A stretch of DNA of 32,000 nucleotides from Corynebacterium glutamicum ATCC 13032 (GTDB taxonomy: Bacteria > Actinomycetota > Actinomycetes > Mycobacteriales > Mycobacteriaceae). The notes under the pieces were generated by a model, which had not been told where the DNA came from, did not search any database, and was given only the letters and a program-made list of their open reading frames with translations. Location: NCBI RefSeq assembly GCF_000011325.1, contig NC_003450.3, positions 750,001-782,000 on the forward strand, given 5' to 3'. This document shows, piece by piece, positions 8,361 through 19,200 of this stretch (the first letter of the stretch is position 1; each line of letters begins with the position of its first letter). The translations under genes and the position numbers were made by a program.

Positions 8361-10796
8361 TTAGCTATCCAATTCCTCTAAACGCTGCAGTAATTCCCTT
8401 AAGCGGCCTGACCTGAGCTCTTCGAGCAAATAGTCATCACCCATCATGGATGCGATATTAAAGTGTTGAGTGAGTACAGCAAGGATGTGCTCTGCGCTTA
8501 GTTGTTCAATCACATTTTGTTTGAGGAATTCTGGAACAGGTAGGCCCCCTAGGGCTGCTTGAGGATTCTCCGGGCTAAAGGCTGTCAGTTGTTCCTTGAG
8601 CTTTGAGAGGAGAGGAATAACCTCTGTATCCGCCCCCTCGAGATTCTCAGCTTCTTCTAACTGTGGGATGAATTTAGTCAAATCGGAATATTTCTTTTCT
8701 ACCTCTACCTCGAGTTCATCATCTCGGGGTTCTACATCATTTGCCAGTGGTCGAAGGGTGAAAACCAATGCTTCCTGCTCTAGCCCCAGTTGAGTAAAAA
8801 CTCTGCGGAGGAAGCCAATCTTTACACTCGTACTAGAGCCAGTGTCTACAAAAAGCCCGTGGTCAATTTCACGGAGACTGCTGTTACTGTTGTTTGAAGT
8901 TGCCAGGCAGATTTCTTCATTGGTCAAAGCTATGAGTTCCTGGCGGAAGGATTGGTTCAAGACTTTTAGAACGCTCTGGAGCATGTCTGCCCAGGACGTT
9001 ACCGTTTCCTTGTAGTCCTCATATTCAAAGGCGACAATTTCGCGTCCGCGGAAAGAAAGATCACTATCTAAGGATTCTGTAGGAAGCACAGCTTGTGGTG
9101 GCTGGAAGGTTTCTTTTGGAAGGGGCCAGTAGTCCAGCGCTGCTTGAGTGAGCAGCTCGGTTCGCTCAATTAGCTGTTCTTCAGACCAATGCTTCTGCTT
9201 TTTGATGAAATTATTGATGCGATAGGGGGATACCAAAAATCCATTTTCCATCGTCCGCTTGCGCTCATAGGAAGAATTTGAATAGGCGGAGTTGTAGCCG
9301 GTGATGGTGAGGTTACCAATTCTATTAATCCAAGTCTCATGAATTCGAGCATATTCAGGGCCGAGTTCAGCTCTCCACTGATCGTTTAGGCTACGTGGCA
9401 TGATGTGTTCAATGGAGAGAGATCCTTCATCCAGACTTGTTTGGATGTCACGAACATCATTGGAATCGGCATTTTCTAGACAATCAAATAAGTAACGCCT
9501 GTTTTCGTTATGAATATTCCAGAAATTTTTGGTTGCGAAGTTCTCACGGAATTCACTGTCGGAGGGAAAACGCCCGGAACCATCGCGACGTTTCAGAATG
9601 TAGGCCAGCAGTGAGCTATAACTTTGCCCTGGAGTCCAGAATTTCTTGATGTCGCTATAAGCAGTGGAGAAGATCTTGCTTAAGGCGTTACTAGCAACCC
9701 CGACTGCAAAACGGCGGAATAAATAGGATTCCAGAACTTTTAGAACTCCGAGGAAGTCTGATTCGGTGATGATGCCGTCTTTAGCATCTTTGAGAACAGG
9801 CAGCAGAAAAGGCAAAACCACATCGCCCATGACAGGGACAAAACGCTTAAGACACCTATCGGCAGCTATAAACCCAGTAGTGGCACCTAAGAGATCTCGG
9901 TACAGCTTCGCGTACTCGTACATATCGTCGAGGATGAATTCGACCGGGAGCTTGGAGTTACGGATGAATTTCTTGAATTCCTCATAAACATCTTGCTTTC
10001 TTGGGGTGCGCGCGGTTTTGAGAGTTAAGTACCAGCGAATGAAATTGTCGGTATCAAATTTCACGCAGACTTCAATGGGATTCCAACGCTGCTCATAGAG
10101 CTTTTCTTGGGTTTTGAGCTCCTGATCCATAAGAACCAAGTTGCGTACCTTATCAGCTTCACTGAGCTCTAATCCCGTGGAGTTGAGACTTTCAAAGATT
10201 CGCTGCGGATCATCAAATTCCTCAAGGTCAAGATACATGACCCTGAGTTTCTCGATAGCTTCCCATAGTTGAGCTGCGGTGAGATCGGTTGCCTTAAGGA
10301 CATTGCGGAAGTAGCGATAATTAGCAGTGAGGTTTGAGGACTCTATGAATTCAGATTCTGGGCCGAAGAGCTTTTGATAAGCCTCATTATCGTTTTTAAC
10401 TGGCTTGAGCTTGAACTTGAGGTTTCCCTCATTGCCGGATCGGAGGTAGTCATCCTCAATCAATGTGGCTAGATCAATGTTGTAGCCAGCATTAAACTCA
10501 CCTTCTTCAACTTCAGATGCGCGCAAGGAATGTACCAGCGCAAGCATGAACAAGCTGATTGTTGTAAGACGCTGCTGTCCATCGATGACAACCCAGGTCC
10601 AGCTGCCTTGAGGCTTACCAACCACAGCTCCAAAAAAATGTTGACGGTGGTTTTCTTTGACCACTTCGCTGAGGTCATCAAAGAGGCGTGAACATTGCTT
10701 TTCAGTCCAGTCGTAATTGCGTTGATAAACCGGGATTTCCAAGGTTCGGTGCTTGCCGTCATAAACCTTGGTTATTTTTTGAACGTCACCACGCAT
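8361..10796 (-). CDS. GmrSD-family protein: N-terminal DUF262 (ParB-like NTPase), central DUF1524 (His-Me/HNH-like nuclease), and a ~250-aa uncharacterised C-terminal extension. Putative type IV (modification-dependent) restriction enzyme.
   Basis: 811-aa ORF. The ATG at 10796 is preceded by AAGGGTG. Motifs: IPVYQRNYDW and VIDGQQRLTT (10561-10590), the DUF262 signature; SIEHIMPRSLNDQW...IGNLTITGYNSAYSN (~9340-9415), the DUF1524 signature. AT-rich relative to its neighbours. Confidence 0.85.
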   Translation of the reverse strand: MRGDVQKITKVYDGKHRTLEIPVYQRNYDWTEKQCSRLFDDLSEVVKENHRQHFFGAVVGKPQGSWTWVVIDGQQRLTTISLFMLALVHSLRASEVEEGEFNAGYNIDLATLIEDDYLRSGNEGNLKFKLKPVKNDNEAYQKLFGPESEFIESSNLTANYRYFRNVLKATDLTAAQLWEAIEKLRVMYLDLEEFDDPQRIFESLNSTGLELSEADKVRNLVLMDQELKTQEKLYEQRWNPIEVCVKFDTDNFIRWYLTLKTARTPRKQDVYEEFKKFIRNSKLPVEFILDDMYEYAKLYRDLLGATTGFIAADRCLKRFVPVMGDVVLPFLLPVLKDAKDGIITESDFLGVLKVLESYLFRRFAVGVASNALSKIFSTAYSDIKKFWTPGQSYSSLLAYILKRRDGSGRFPSDSEFRENFATKNFWNIHNENRRYLFDCLENADSNDVRDIQTSLDEGSLSIEHIMPRSLNDQWRAELGPEYARIHETWINRIGNLTITGYNSAYSNSSYERKRTMENGFLVSPYRINNFIKKQKHWSEEQLIERTELLTQAALDYWPLPKETFQPPQAVLPTESLDSDLSFRGREIVAFEYEDYKETVTSWADMLQSVLKVLNQSFRQELIALTNEEICLATSNNSNSSLREIDHGLFVDTGSSTSVKIGFLRRVFTQLGLEQEALVFTLRPLANDVEPRDDELEVEVEKKYSDLTKFIPQLEEAENLEGADTEVIPLLSKLKEQLTAFSPENPQAALGGLPVPEFLKQNVIEQLSAEHILAVLTQHFNIASMMGDDYLLEELRSGRLRELLQRLEELDS

Positions 10797-10902
10797 TGGA
10801 TATTCACCCTTAGAATTGAGAAGAATTTTCTTTAAAAATACAGTGTATGCGCAGAGGCCGACACCGTTCGGAAATACTTTCGAACTTTAGTTACTTGGTG
10901 CT

Positions 10903-13203
10903 CTAAACCCGCGGCAGCAACTCCGAAGGCTCAGTATGCGTGGTGAGAACAAGGGCATCACGTGCACGAGAAGCTGCAACGTAGAGCAAGGAGCGTTCGC
11001 GCTGTTGGGCGTCGTTACGCTCGGCCTCGCCTAAACCTTGCATGGTGTATTGCAAAGGAATGAGGTCACGGCCCATTCCGATCAAGATGACATGGGTAAA
11101 CTCCATGCCTTTAGCTCCGTGCATTGTCATTACACTGACAGTTTCGTGGGCTGCAAGTTCGGCATTTTGCGTCTTGACGGCATCGATGCCCTGCTCAGAG
11201 AGCGCATTAACCACGCGGTTGATCAAAGGACGGGTGCGTGCCAAAATGCCGATGCGTACATCGGTGGTCCTGTCCTGCCACACCTTGATGAGCTCAGCGA
11301 TTGCTTCGAACTCGTCGGTCTCAGATTCAAATTGGTAGAGGTGTGGCTTGGGGCCCTTACGCGCTGAGCGATAGTGCTCAATTGTGTCCGTTTCGCCTTC
11401 GGCGTCGGTCCATTCACCGGTGAGCATGCCAAGTGCGTAACTGAGGTTTTCGGCGGTGGTGCGGTAGTTAAGGGTGAGTCGCTTAGACGCCCGACCGCGG
11501 GTGGAAATACCAAAACGGCTTAGCACATGATGTTGGCCGTAGATGCGCTGGTGTGAATCCTCAGCCAAGAAGATGTCATTGGGACCTTCGGCTACCGCAG
11601 CCCTGAGTAAGAGCCAATGTCCGGCGTGGAAGTCCTGGGCCTCGTCGATAAGCACATGGTCAAATAGCCGGCCCTGGCCGGCGGCGGCGCGCTGCTCCAG
11701 GATGTTTGCGGCGATGGAGGAAAGCGCTGGCCAGGACATCTTTCCTTCGCGCGCACAGGAAGTCATGAATTGCTGAATAATCGCCCACACTTTTTTGCGT
11801 TGTACGCGGTTTAGTGGGGTACCACGGCCGGGACGAGGTGCACGCAGATAGTCCTTTTCTTGGGTGATTCCGCGGGCTAGGATTACGGTTTCAAACTCTT
11901 GGGCGAGGAATTCAGTATTGCTGATTTCTTCTGATAGATCGCCGGGATCTGCGGAAATGATCGCGTCGATCCAAAATTCTTGTTCGCCGTTGCCGATGAA
12001 TGGGGTGATTCTGCCGGCTGCACGCCCCAAGATAGCAGTGGTTGCTGCCTCACGTTCGGCGGTGTTTGCTAGCGCAACCACCTTATTTGCCAAGGCATCA
12101 ATTCCGCTGATCCACAAGCCAGGACTACCGGGTTTTTCTGCCTCGGGGAAAGTGGGATTAAGCGCGTTCATGGAGGATTTCAACGCATCGGCCAAACCGC
12201 GGGTATAGGTGGTGAGCAGGACTCGAGGCGTCTTATCGTCGGTCTCAAGGTGTCCATCAGAAGTGACCAGGCGGTTGGCACGGTGGACTACCACCACGGT
12301 TTTGCCGGTGCCAGCTCCACCAAAAACGCGACCCGATCCGCTGAAGTTGCGGGTGACTAAGGAGCGCTGGCTGGGGTCGATATACACGCGCCAGCTATCA
12401 AAACCTTCAGTTTCAATAACGCGGCGCAGGTCATTGCTATTTGGGGTATCCAAATAGGCAAAGTCCATTTGCGCTGCTGGGGTTTTAAGCCCAGCAATGA
12501 GCCTGGTATCTTCGCTGCGGGTATCCGGCTCTGTGGAAGGTGCGGGGATAGCGAGCGATTCGCGGATATCTTCAATGCTCAAACCGGCGACAAGGCCGAT
12601 AAGTGCGTCTTTTTCCCACGTCGGGCTGCTAGGAAGCGCTGCTGCGATGTCATCCTCTGAGGCAAGTTCCAACACAATACGGGTGGCAGCCGGGTCAATG
12701 CCGAGCTCGGCTTCCAGGACTTCTGGGGTGTGCCCTGCATGTGCGAGCGCCTCACCAGGGCTGGGCAGCTCCACTGGGGTGGGTACTTCGACGGCGTCCC
12801 GGAGTTGCTCCTCCGCCCGCTTTGCGGCCTCTTCCGCTTTGCGACGAGATTCCTGATCGTCTTTTTGCGCAGGAACGGTAGTTTCCTCGATGAGTCGAGT
12901 AATGCCGTTAACAGAGTTGACTTCAAGGCGGATTTTTCCTGCCTTGGTGATGGCATCATCATGGGGATAAACACCAACCACTACAAAGTGATGATCAAAT
13001 TCGTCGTGAAGCTCAAAAAGCACTGCGCGGAATTGATCATTGACCCGACCTGTGCGGACGCGGGAGTCGATGCTGTTTTTGATGGGCTCAATATGAAGCC
13101 CCGGGGAAGCTGGATTGGTGGCTAGTTTATTGAGGAAATCGAGGGTGAGTTTTTTGAGGCTGCCGTCGATATCTAGTGCGCCGTGCACGCTATAAGAAAC
13201 CAT
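10903..13203 (-). CDS. UvrD/Rep-like SF1 helicase (766 aa) with a ~100-aa N-terminal RelE/ParE-toxin-like domain and an acidic/proline-rich linker.
   Basis: Walker A RVFGGAGTGKT (~12298-12330), motif II VLIDEAQDF (~11630-11656), and C-terminal MTMHGAKGMEF and LLYVAASRARDALVL (UvrD_C-type). N-terminal residues ~35-85 read HIEPIK..RVRTGRVNDQFRAVLFEL..HHFVVVGVYPHDDA, which matches the RelE/ParE pattern (R-x-G-D-Y-R-hydrophobic run, then a hydrophobic strand, then H/R-x-x-A/Y). It starts 30 nt after the stop of the 2100-aa gene. Confidence 0.8.
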   Translation of the reverse strand: MVSYSVHGALDIDGSLKKLTLDFLNKLATNPASPGLHIEPIKNSIDSRVRTGRVNDQFRAVLFELHDEFDHHFVVVGVYPHDDAITKAGKIRLEVNSVNGITRLIEETTVPAQKDDQESRRKAEEAAKRAEEQLRDAVEVPTPVELPSPGEALAHAGHTPEVLEAELGIDPAATRIVLELASEDDIAAALPSSPTWEKDALIGLVAGLSIEDIRESLAIPAPSTEPDTRSEDTRLIAGLKTPAAQMDFAYLDTPNSNDLRRVIETEGFDSWRVYIDPSQRSLVTRNFSGSGRVFGGAGTGKTVVVVHRANRLVTSDGHLETDDKTPRVLLTTYTRGLADALKSSMNALNPTFPEAEKPGSPGLWISGIDALANKVVALANTAEREAATTAILGRAAGRITPFIGNGEQEFWIDAIISADPGDLSEEISNTEFLAQEFETVILARGITQEKDYLRAPRPGRGTPLNRVQRKKVWAIIQQFMTSCAREGKMSWPALSSIAANILEQRAAAGQGRLFDHVLIDEAQDFHAGHWLLLRAAVAEGPNDIFLAEDSHQRIYGQHHVLSRFGISTRGRASKRLTLNYRTTAENLSYALGMLTGEWTDAEGETDTIEHYRSARKGPKPHLYQFESETDEFEAIAELIKVWQDRTTDVRIGILARTRPLINRVVNALSEQGIDAVKTQNAELAAHETVSVMTMHGAKGMEFTHVILIGMGRDLIPLQYTMQGLGEAERNDAQQRERSLLYVAASRARDALVLTTHTEPSELLPRV

Positions 13204-13233
13204 GATTTTTATCTTTCATAAACTTTGGGTGTA

Positions 13234-16200
13234 CTAGGGACGAAGGGCAGCGGGAATATCGGAGGTCTCGAGGTCATTTGCAAAAAGCAGCGTCCAACCT
13301 TCAGCTTTGAGATCATCCTCCAAAGGCTCATCGGGATCAGATTCATAGAGCAAAGCGATCTTGACACTCGGCCACGTAGCAATCGTAGGAATACTCGAGA
13401 GCTCATCACCGGTGGTCTCTGGAACCAGGGCATGTTCCTTAGCCAAGATCTGCAAAGCGCCTTCGGCTTCTTCATCTTCATCGGCGGTAAAGCCATCCAA
13501 GATGGGAGCCCACAATTCAGGAACTTCAACAGCAAGCGGAGCTGCTGGAGCAGGCACAATATCAATTTTATGCGGTGAACCATTAGTGCTTACGTCTACG
13601 GATTCCGGTGCCAGCCACATGAGGTTGGCCAAATTGAGGAAGGCAGTCCAGGTATCCACTTCCAGCTCTTCTGGAGTGGTGGGAGCAAGCCACAATTGGC
13701 GGGCGCGCAGTTCCCGATTAACCATGGTGGCCCGCAAGGAAATCTTATTGCGGAAGGTACCAACAATTCCGTCGCCATTTTTTTGTGGATTATGCCCAAG
13801 CATGTGAGCAGCAGCGATATGAGCAAACTCCTTCCACGAGGATGCCGCGGGATTATCTAAAAATGCCAAGAGTTGATCCATAGGCGTTGCTGCCAGGAGT
13901 GCAGTTGATTGTGGATCAAGAATCAAATTTGCTTTGCTGAGCTGCCTGCCGATGGGGCTAAACCATGCTGGTTCCTCACCTTGTGCAGCGGGATTACTAA
14001 AGCGGTCGAGGTCTAAGCTAGTGATATTCCACGGCAAAATATTGTCTGGATCGAGCGCTAGTTTCATCCGTTTCTGAATATCGCCATCAAGACGGTAGTT
14101 AGCTGAAGAGATATGGAACGCAGCGCCATCGGTAAAAACAGCCACGGTGGGATAGTTGCCGTTGAGCGGTTCAAACCAGAAATCAGGGCGTGTATATCCA
14201 CGATCAACTTGTTCGCTCATCCGCCAGCGCACACCGGAGCTCATCTCAATATCCACATAAGAGTTTGAGCCGTTGACGCGGTCCACAAGTTTGGCATGGC
14301 GATTTTTTAAGGCGCGTCGCAGCATCACGCGGAAACGCAGTTCCAACTGAGAGCCAAGAGTGTTCTCTGGGCGCTTTTCCAAGAAAGTCCAGTCCGGTAC
14401 TGCAGAAAGGTCAGTGATTTCTTCGGGGCGCGAGCTATTGAGCAAAATTGCGCGCAAGGCTTTTTCTGCAGCTGCGCGGGAAGTCTGGAGGAGCGTGGCA
14501 GTGCGGGTATAAGGCAACAAACATTCTGGGCAGGCCAGCCTTTCATCATACTGGCATTGGCACCTAGACACCCGCTCCCAAGCTCGGGAAATAAGTTCAC
14601 GAACCTTTGTAGGATCGGCAAATTGGTTAAGATAACCCGTGCCTCCTGGAACCTGATCGTGCAGCAAAAGGGCATCAAGTGCACCATCGCCAGAAGTACG
14701 GGGGACCTGCACACTGGTGACATCCAGGTGGTCAGGATCGCCACCCAACACCTCACGAAATCCTAATTTGATAGCAGCAATGAGGCTGGTTACCACCATA
14801 GAATCGGCTTCACTGCCAAAATATTCGGGCAGCAGCATGAGCACGCCTTGGGTTTTAAGAGTACGACCCAAAGCGAAAGATACGGTATCTTCTTTTTGCT
14901 CATAACGGTGTGGGCACCAGGGTCGGTGATCCCAGCGTGAGTTAGCTCCTGCCTCGGAATCTAAATGTCCACAGTGGCGGCACACATTAAATAGTGGGCT
15001 GGTGACTTCAAAGCCACCGAGCCGACGCTTTTGGCCATTGCCAATTCCTAAGTTCAGCCAGCGTAATTCCACCTTGGGCAGATGCTCAATGCCAAAACCA
15101 TCATTCAAATACCAGGATTTTCCATGGCCATCTGGTGGAACGACAAAGCTGACGTGCTGGTTAAAGCGGGTGCTAAAGCGATCTTCACGGTCATCGCTAA
15201 TGGCAGCGCGAGTTTTCTCCACTGCGGAGGAAACCTTACGCATTTGCACTACCTCTAGGATTTGTCCCTTATCGGCAAAGGCGGGGGAGCCACAGGTAGG
15301 ACACGATCCCGGTGTAGAGACACCCGGCTGGAGGATTTCGGAGTGCGAGCACACGGGGCACAACCGCCATTGCTCAATGGCAGAGCCATGTTCACCAATC
15401 TCAATGGAATCAACTTTGGCAGCAATTCCTTGGGCATAAAAGGTCGCACCGGGAGCGAGCTCAAAAAGCGCTGCAGAGATCCCACGCGAGTAGGCATGAT
15501 TCTTGGTATCAAATTCCACTTCCTGGGGGTTGAACGAAGTAACCGCCACATTAAGTTCTACGGAATCATCAACCAGGGTGAAGTTGGGCAGGAGACCATA
15601 ACGCTCCAAAGCAGCGATCCAGAATTCACCAAGTAGATCACGGATTTGAAGTTTGACGGCTTTAAGGGAAGCTGCGGTTTTACGTTTTTCTTCCTTTAGC
15701 TCTTCATCATGTGCATCATTGCGCGCATCTAGTTTGTCAAAGATTTTTTCGAGTTCTCCCCGCCGCGCGGTAAGGCTGCGGCGTTCTTCCATCCACTCTT
15801 TTTGGGAGGTTTCCAGCAGCGCGAGGAGGGAGTCTGTGCTATTTCCAGATGCCCAAGTGCGCAGTTCGAAAATATTATCAATGCTGATTTGCATGTTGAG
15901 GGTGCGTACAAATTCCTCCAGCAAAGGATCTAGGCCTGCGTGAATCTGCGCTTTGAGTAATGCAACCAAAGGTGTTTTTCCGGCGGCATTATCAAAAACA
16001 TCAATTGCTGTTTCGAGTTTTGGCAGTTCGGCGCGAGTATCTAAGCAGTCGATCACATATGCCAAGAATTGGCGGTGCAAGATTTCACTGGCGGAAAGAT
16101 ACGCAACTGGTGGGGTAATAGCTCCCTTGATCATGGAGAGCGGTTGGTTAAGACGAGGCAATGTGACACCGCGGCCACGCACCACGGCGAGTACCAACGA

Positions 16201-19200
16201 GTTTCCGCTGAGGCGCCCGGCACGACCAACACGCTGTACATAACTGGCCACTGATGTTGGCAAAGACGCAAGCATCACGGTGGAGAGATCGCCGATGTCA
16301 ATACCCATTTCCAGCGTTGGCGTAGCTACCAACACATTGGGCGCATCGGGGGATTGTTTGGCCGAGCCTTCTCCACCTCTAAAGGATTGTTCGAGTGCGA
16401 GGCGGTCTTTTTTCTTGAGCATGCTGGTGTGCTCGCGGGCAATGACAGTGCGCGGTTCAATTGCGGAATAAAGCCTGCGGTAGTAGTTGTCTTCTACTTC
16501 CTCGGTATGGAGAACGCCCCCACAACTAGGGCTAAAACACGGAGCGCCATCAAGAAGTTCACGCACATGATCAGTTACACCAGTTTGGGCATGGCACACG
16601 CTGCATTCCAGAACTTCGGGATGGTCTTCGCTAAAAATACGGATGCGTTCGGCCTCGAGGCAGTAGATTTTTCCGCCGCTGTCGGTAGATATTGAGGAGA
16701 GAATGCTGCGGTTGCTTAAAGCGTCGAAAAGCTTTGTGATGGCGGTGGCGGCATCGTGGGTGCTGATGCCAAGCACCTGCGAGGTCCAGGACGCATAACG
16801 TCCGCGCGGGCTACCAAGCGGGGTGGTGCCGGTGCTGGAACGCAGGGATCCGGAAAGTGCGGAACCTACACGTGGGAATTCAGGTGCACCACCGCGGACA
16901 AAACCGGGAATGCCCTCAGCGCGGGCTTGGCGGCGGTTAAGCATATAGGGGTTGCCATCGGTGCGCAGGTAGGCGCCAAACCACTCATGGTTGATGCCCC
17001 CGCGGGCGCGCAAAAGTTCCAGGGCACCTTGCACCCAGCGCAGTCGCAGGTTCTCATCCTCAATATCTAAGGTGGGAACTTCGATGGCATAAAGTGCTTC
17101 GGCAGCCGCGGACAATGCAACACCTTTGGGCAAATCCACAAAAGCACTCAAAGCGCCGGTCAGCGCAAGGGAACGGGGTAGATCAGCGCGTTGTCCAAAC
17201 TCGAGGGCGAGATCAAAACTTAAACGTTTATGCACATTGCGGGAGGCCTCACGGCGCTCAGCCTTGCTGGCATCGGGGTGCCAATAAGGTTTGTAAATAT
17301 CAAGATCGGTCAGGTCAGGGGGTAGGAGCTCATAACGGGTGCGCCCAGAGGTGGCGTTATCCATCAGCGCCCGGGAGATTGATGGCAAGGTGACTTCATT
17401 ATCACCCACTGCGCGCCGGGTATAGGTACGAAGGGCAAAAGCGCGGGAACGTGCTTGGACGTACCCGGCGCGGTGCGCGGCATCTTGCACGGAATCGGCA
17501 AAGACCAGCGTCTTTTTCTCAGCGCTATCCAAATCGGCCATACCAAAAAGATTGGAGAGTGAGACAGAGAGCAGGGTAGAGATTCCCGATCCGATATAAC
17601 GGATGGAATCAACATCACCACAGGAAGGGCAGGTCTGTTTGGCGGAGAGATCGTCTGCCTCAGGGCCAAAGTGGGTGAGCACTGCGATAGAAGAACCTGA
17701 TTGTTCTTCTTCTGGGCTGGGTTGGCGCGTGCTGAGTTCATTGCTGGCGCTATGGAACCACAGCACTGCTGAGGTGCCATCAACTCCTCGCGGCCCAGCA
17801 ACGCTGCGCCCCTGCTCAATGGCTGCGCGCTGCTCAGAGGTGGCGTCGAGAAGCGCTCTTTGTTTATGGGGTTGTTCAAAGGAGTTGAGGCGAATTTTTT
17901 GTTCTTCCAACACCGGGATATTGGTGCCTTGTTCCAGGCTGACCATCCAGCCGGAACGGCCACAACTGCGGCAATAACACGCCGGCAACCATTGTTGGGT
18001 ATTGGCATCTTCTGCCGGGCCATCATCGGACCAGCGAAACATGGATTGTTCATCCCCAACCCCCAGGGCGCGGTCAATGCGGGAGACCTCGCGCACCCAA
18101 AGATGCGTTTCGACGCCAGGTAGGCGCTTGGCACCCCAGGCGGCAACTTTGCCGTATTCCGCGCGCACAAATGCCATGGCAGCCAGTGCATGGCTGATAA
18201 ATTCCGCAGCTTTAACCTCACCTAAGATGCGGGCGGTAGCCCCCAATACCAGCTCCGGAAGGGCAGTGACCTCATCTTGATCACGCCTGCTAAGCGGGGT
18301 GGAATCAGCAGCATGCTGCAAAATCGCAGCAGTTAAATCATGAGCCGCATAAGCACTGATCGCTGCGTGCAGATCAGCCTCACACAGCCACACTTTCTCA
18401 CAAAAAACGCGGAAGCAGAGCTGTGCATAATCGTCCTCATGTTGAGCTGTGGCGATGGTATCTAAAACCACCTCAATATCTTCCACAGTGGGTAGCTCAC
18501 GGGGCTCGCTAACTGCTGGGGCACCAAAATTCTGGGCAATTTCTGCGCGCCATTGATCCAGCTCCAGGCGAGTTTCCCCGACGATGGCATCAGCTGGAAA
18601 ACGCTCACCAAAAATGGTGTAAGCAAAATCCAACATGGGGGAGCCGGAATCACCAGAACCCAAGGTTGCTGAGGTAGCCACTGGCGTAATAATGCCCAAT
18701 GGCCGGTGCATGGCACTATCATCCAAAAAATTAGCAGGCTGCTGGGATTTCAGCATGAGCCCCAAACGCCGCAACAACAACGCCACATCTGTACCTTGAG
18801 CACCGTCATAAGTGTGGAACTCATCAAGTACTAAATACTGCAAAGAGGTGGCGGATTTTTGCCACATTTCGCGGTCGACGCTGCGCAGCAAGAGCTGATC
18901 CAACATTTTGTAGTTGGTGAGCAAAATATCTGGGGGACTAACCCGCATGGCTTGGGGATCATTAATAAGCTCCCTTTCGCCCATCTGCGTGCGATTGCCC
19001 TTGGCTTCACCGGTATAAATACCGGCGGTAACACCTTTAAGTGCTGGGTTATTGTGAATGAGCCGCGCCAAACGATCTGCCTGGTCATTGGCCAAGGCGT
19101 TCATGGGATAAAGCAACAGCGCCTTGATGCCTTGTTGGCCACGTTTCCGCAGGCGCAGGGCATGATCCAGAATCGGGTAGAGGAAAGATTCCGTCTTACC

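Noticed and set aside
17364-18221. A 285-aa minus-strand ORF inside the 2100-aa helicase gene, together with many 60-160-aa ORFs on both strands across 11-27 kb.
   Set aside because: These are alternative-frame or antisense ORFs, typical of GC-rich coding DNA. They are Pro/Arg/Ala/Ser-rich with no motifs and are fully nested in genes with strong motif support.
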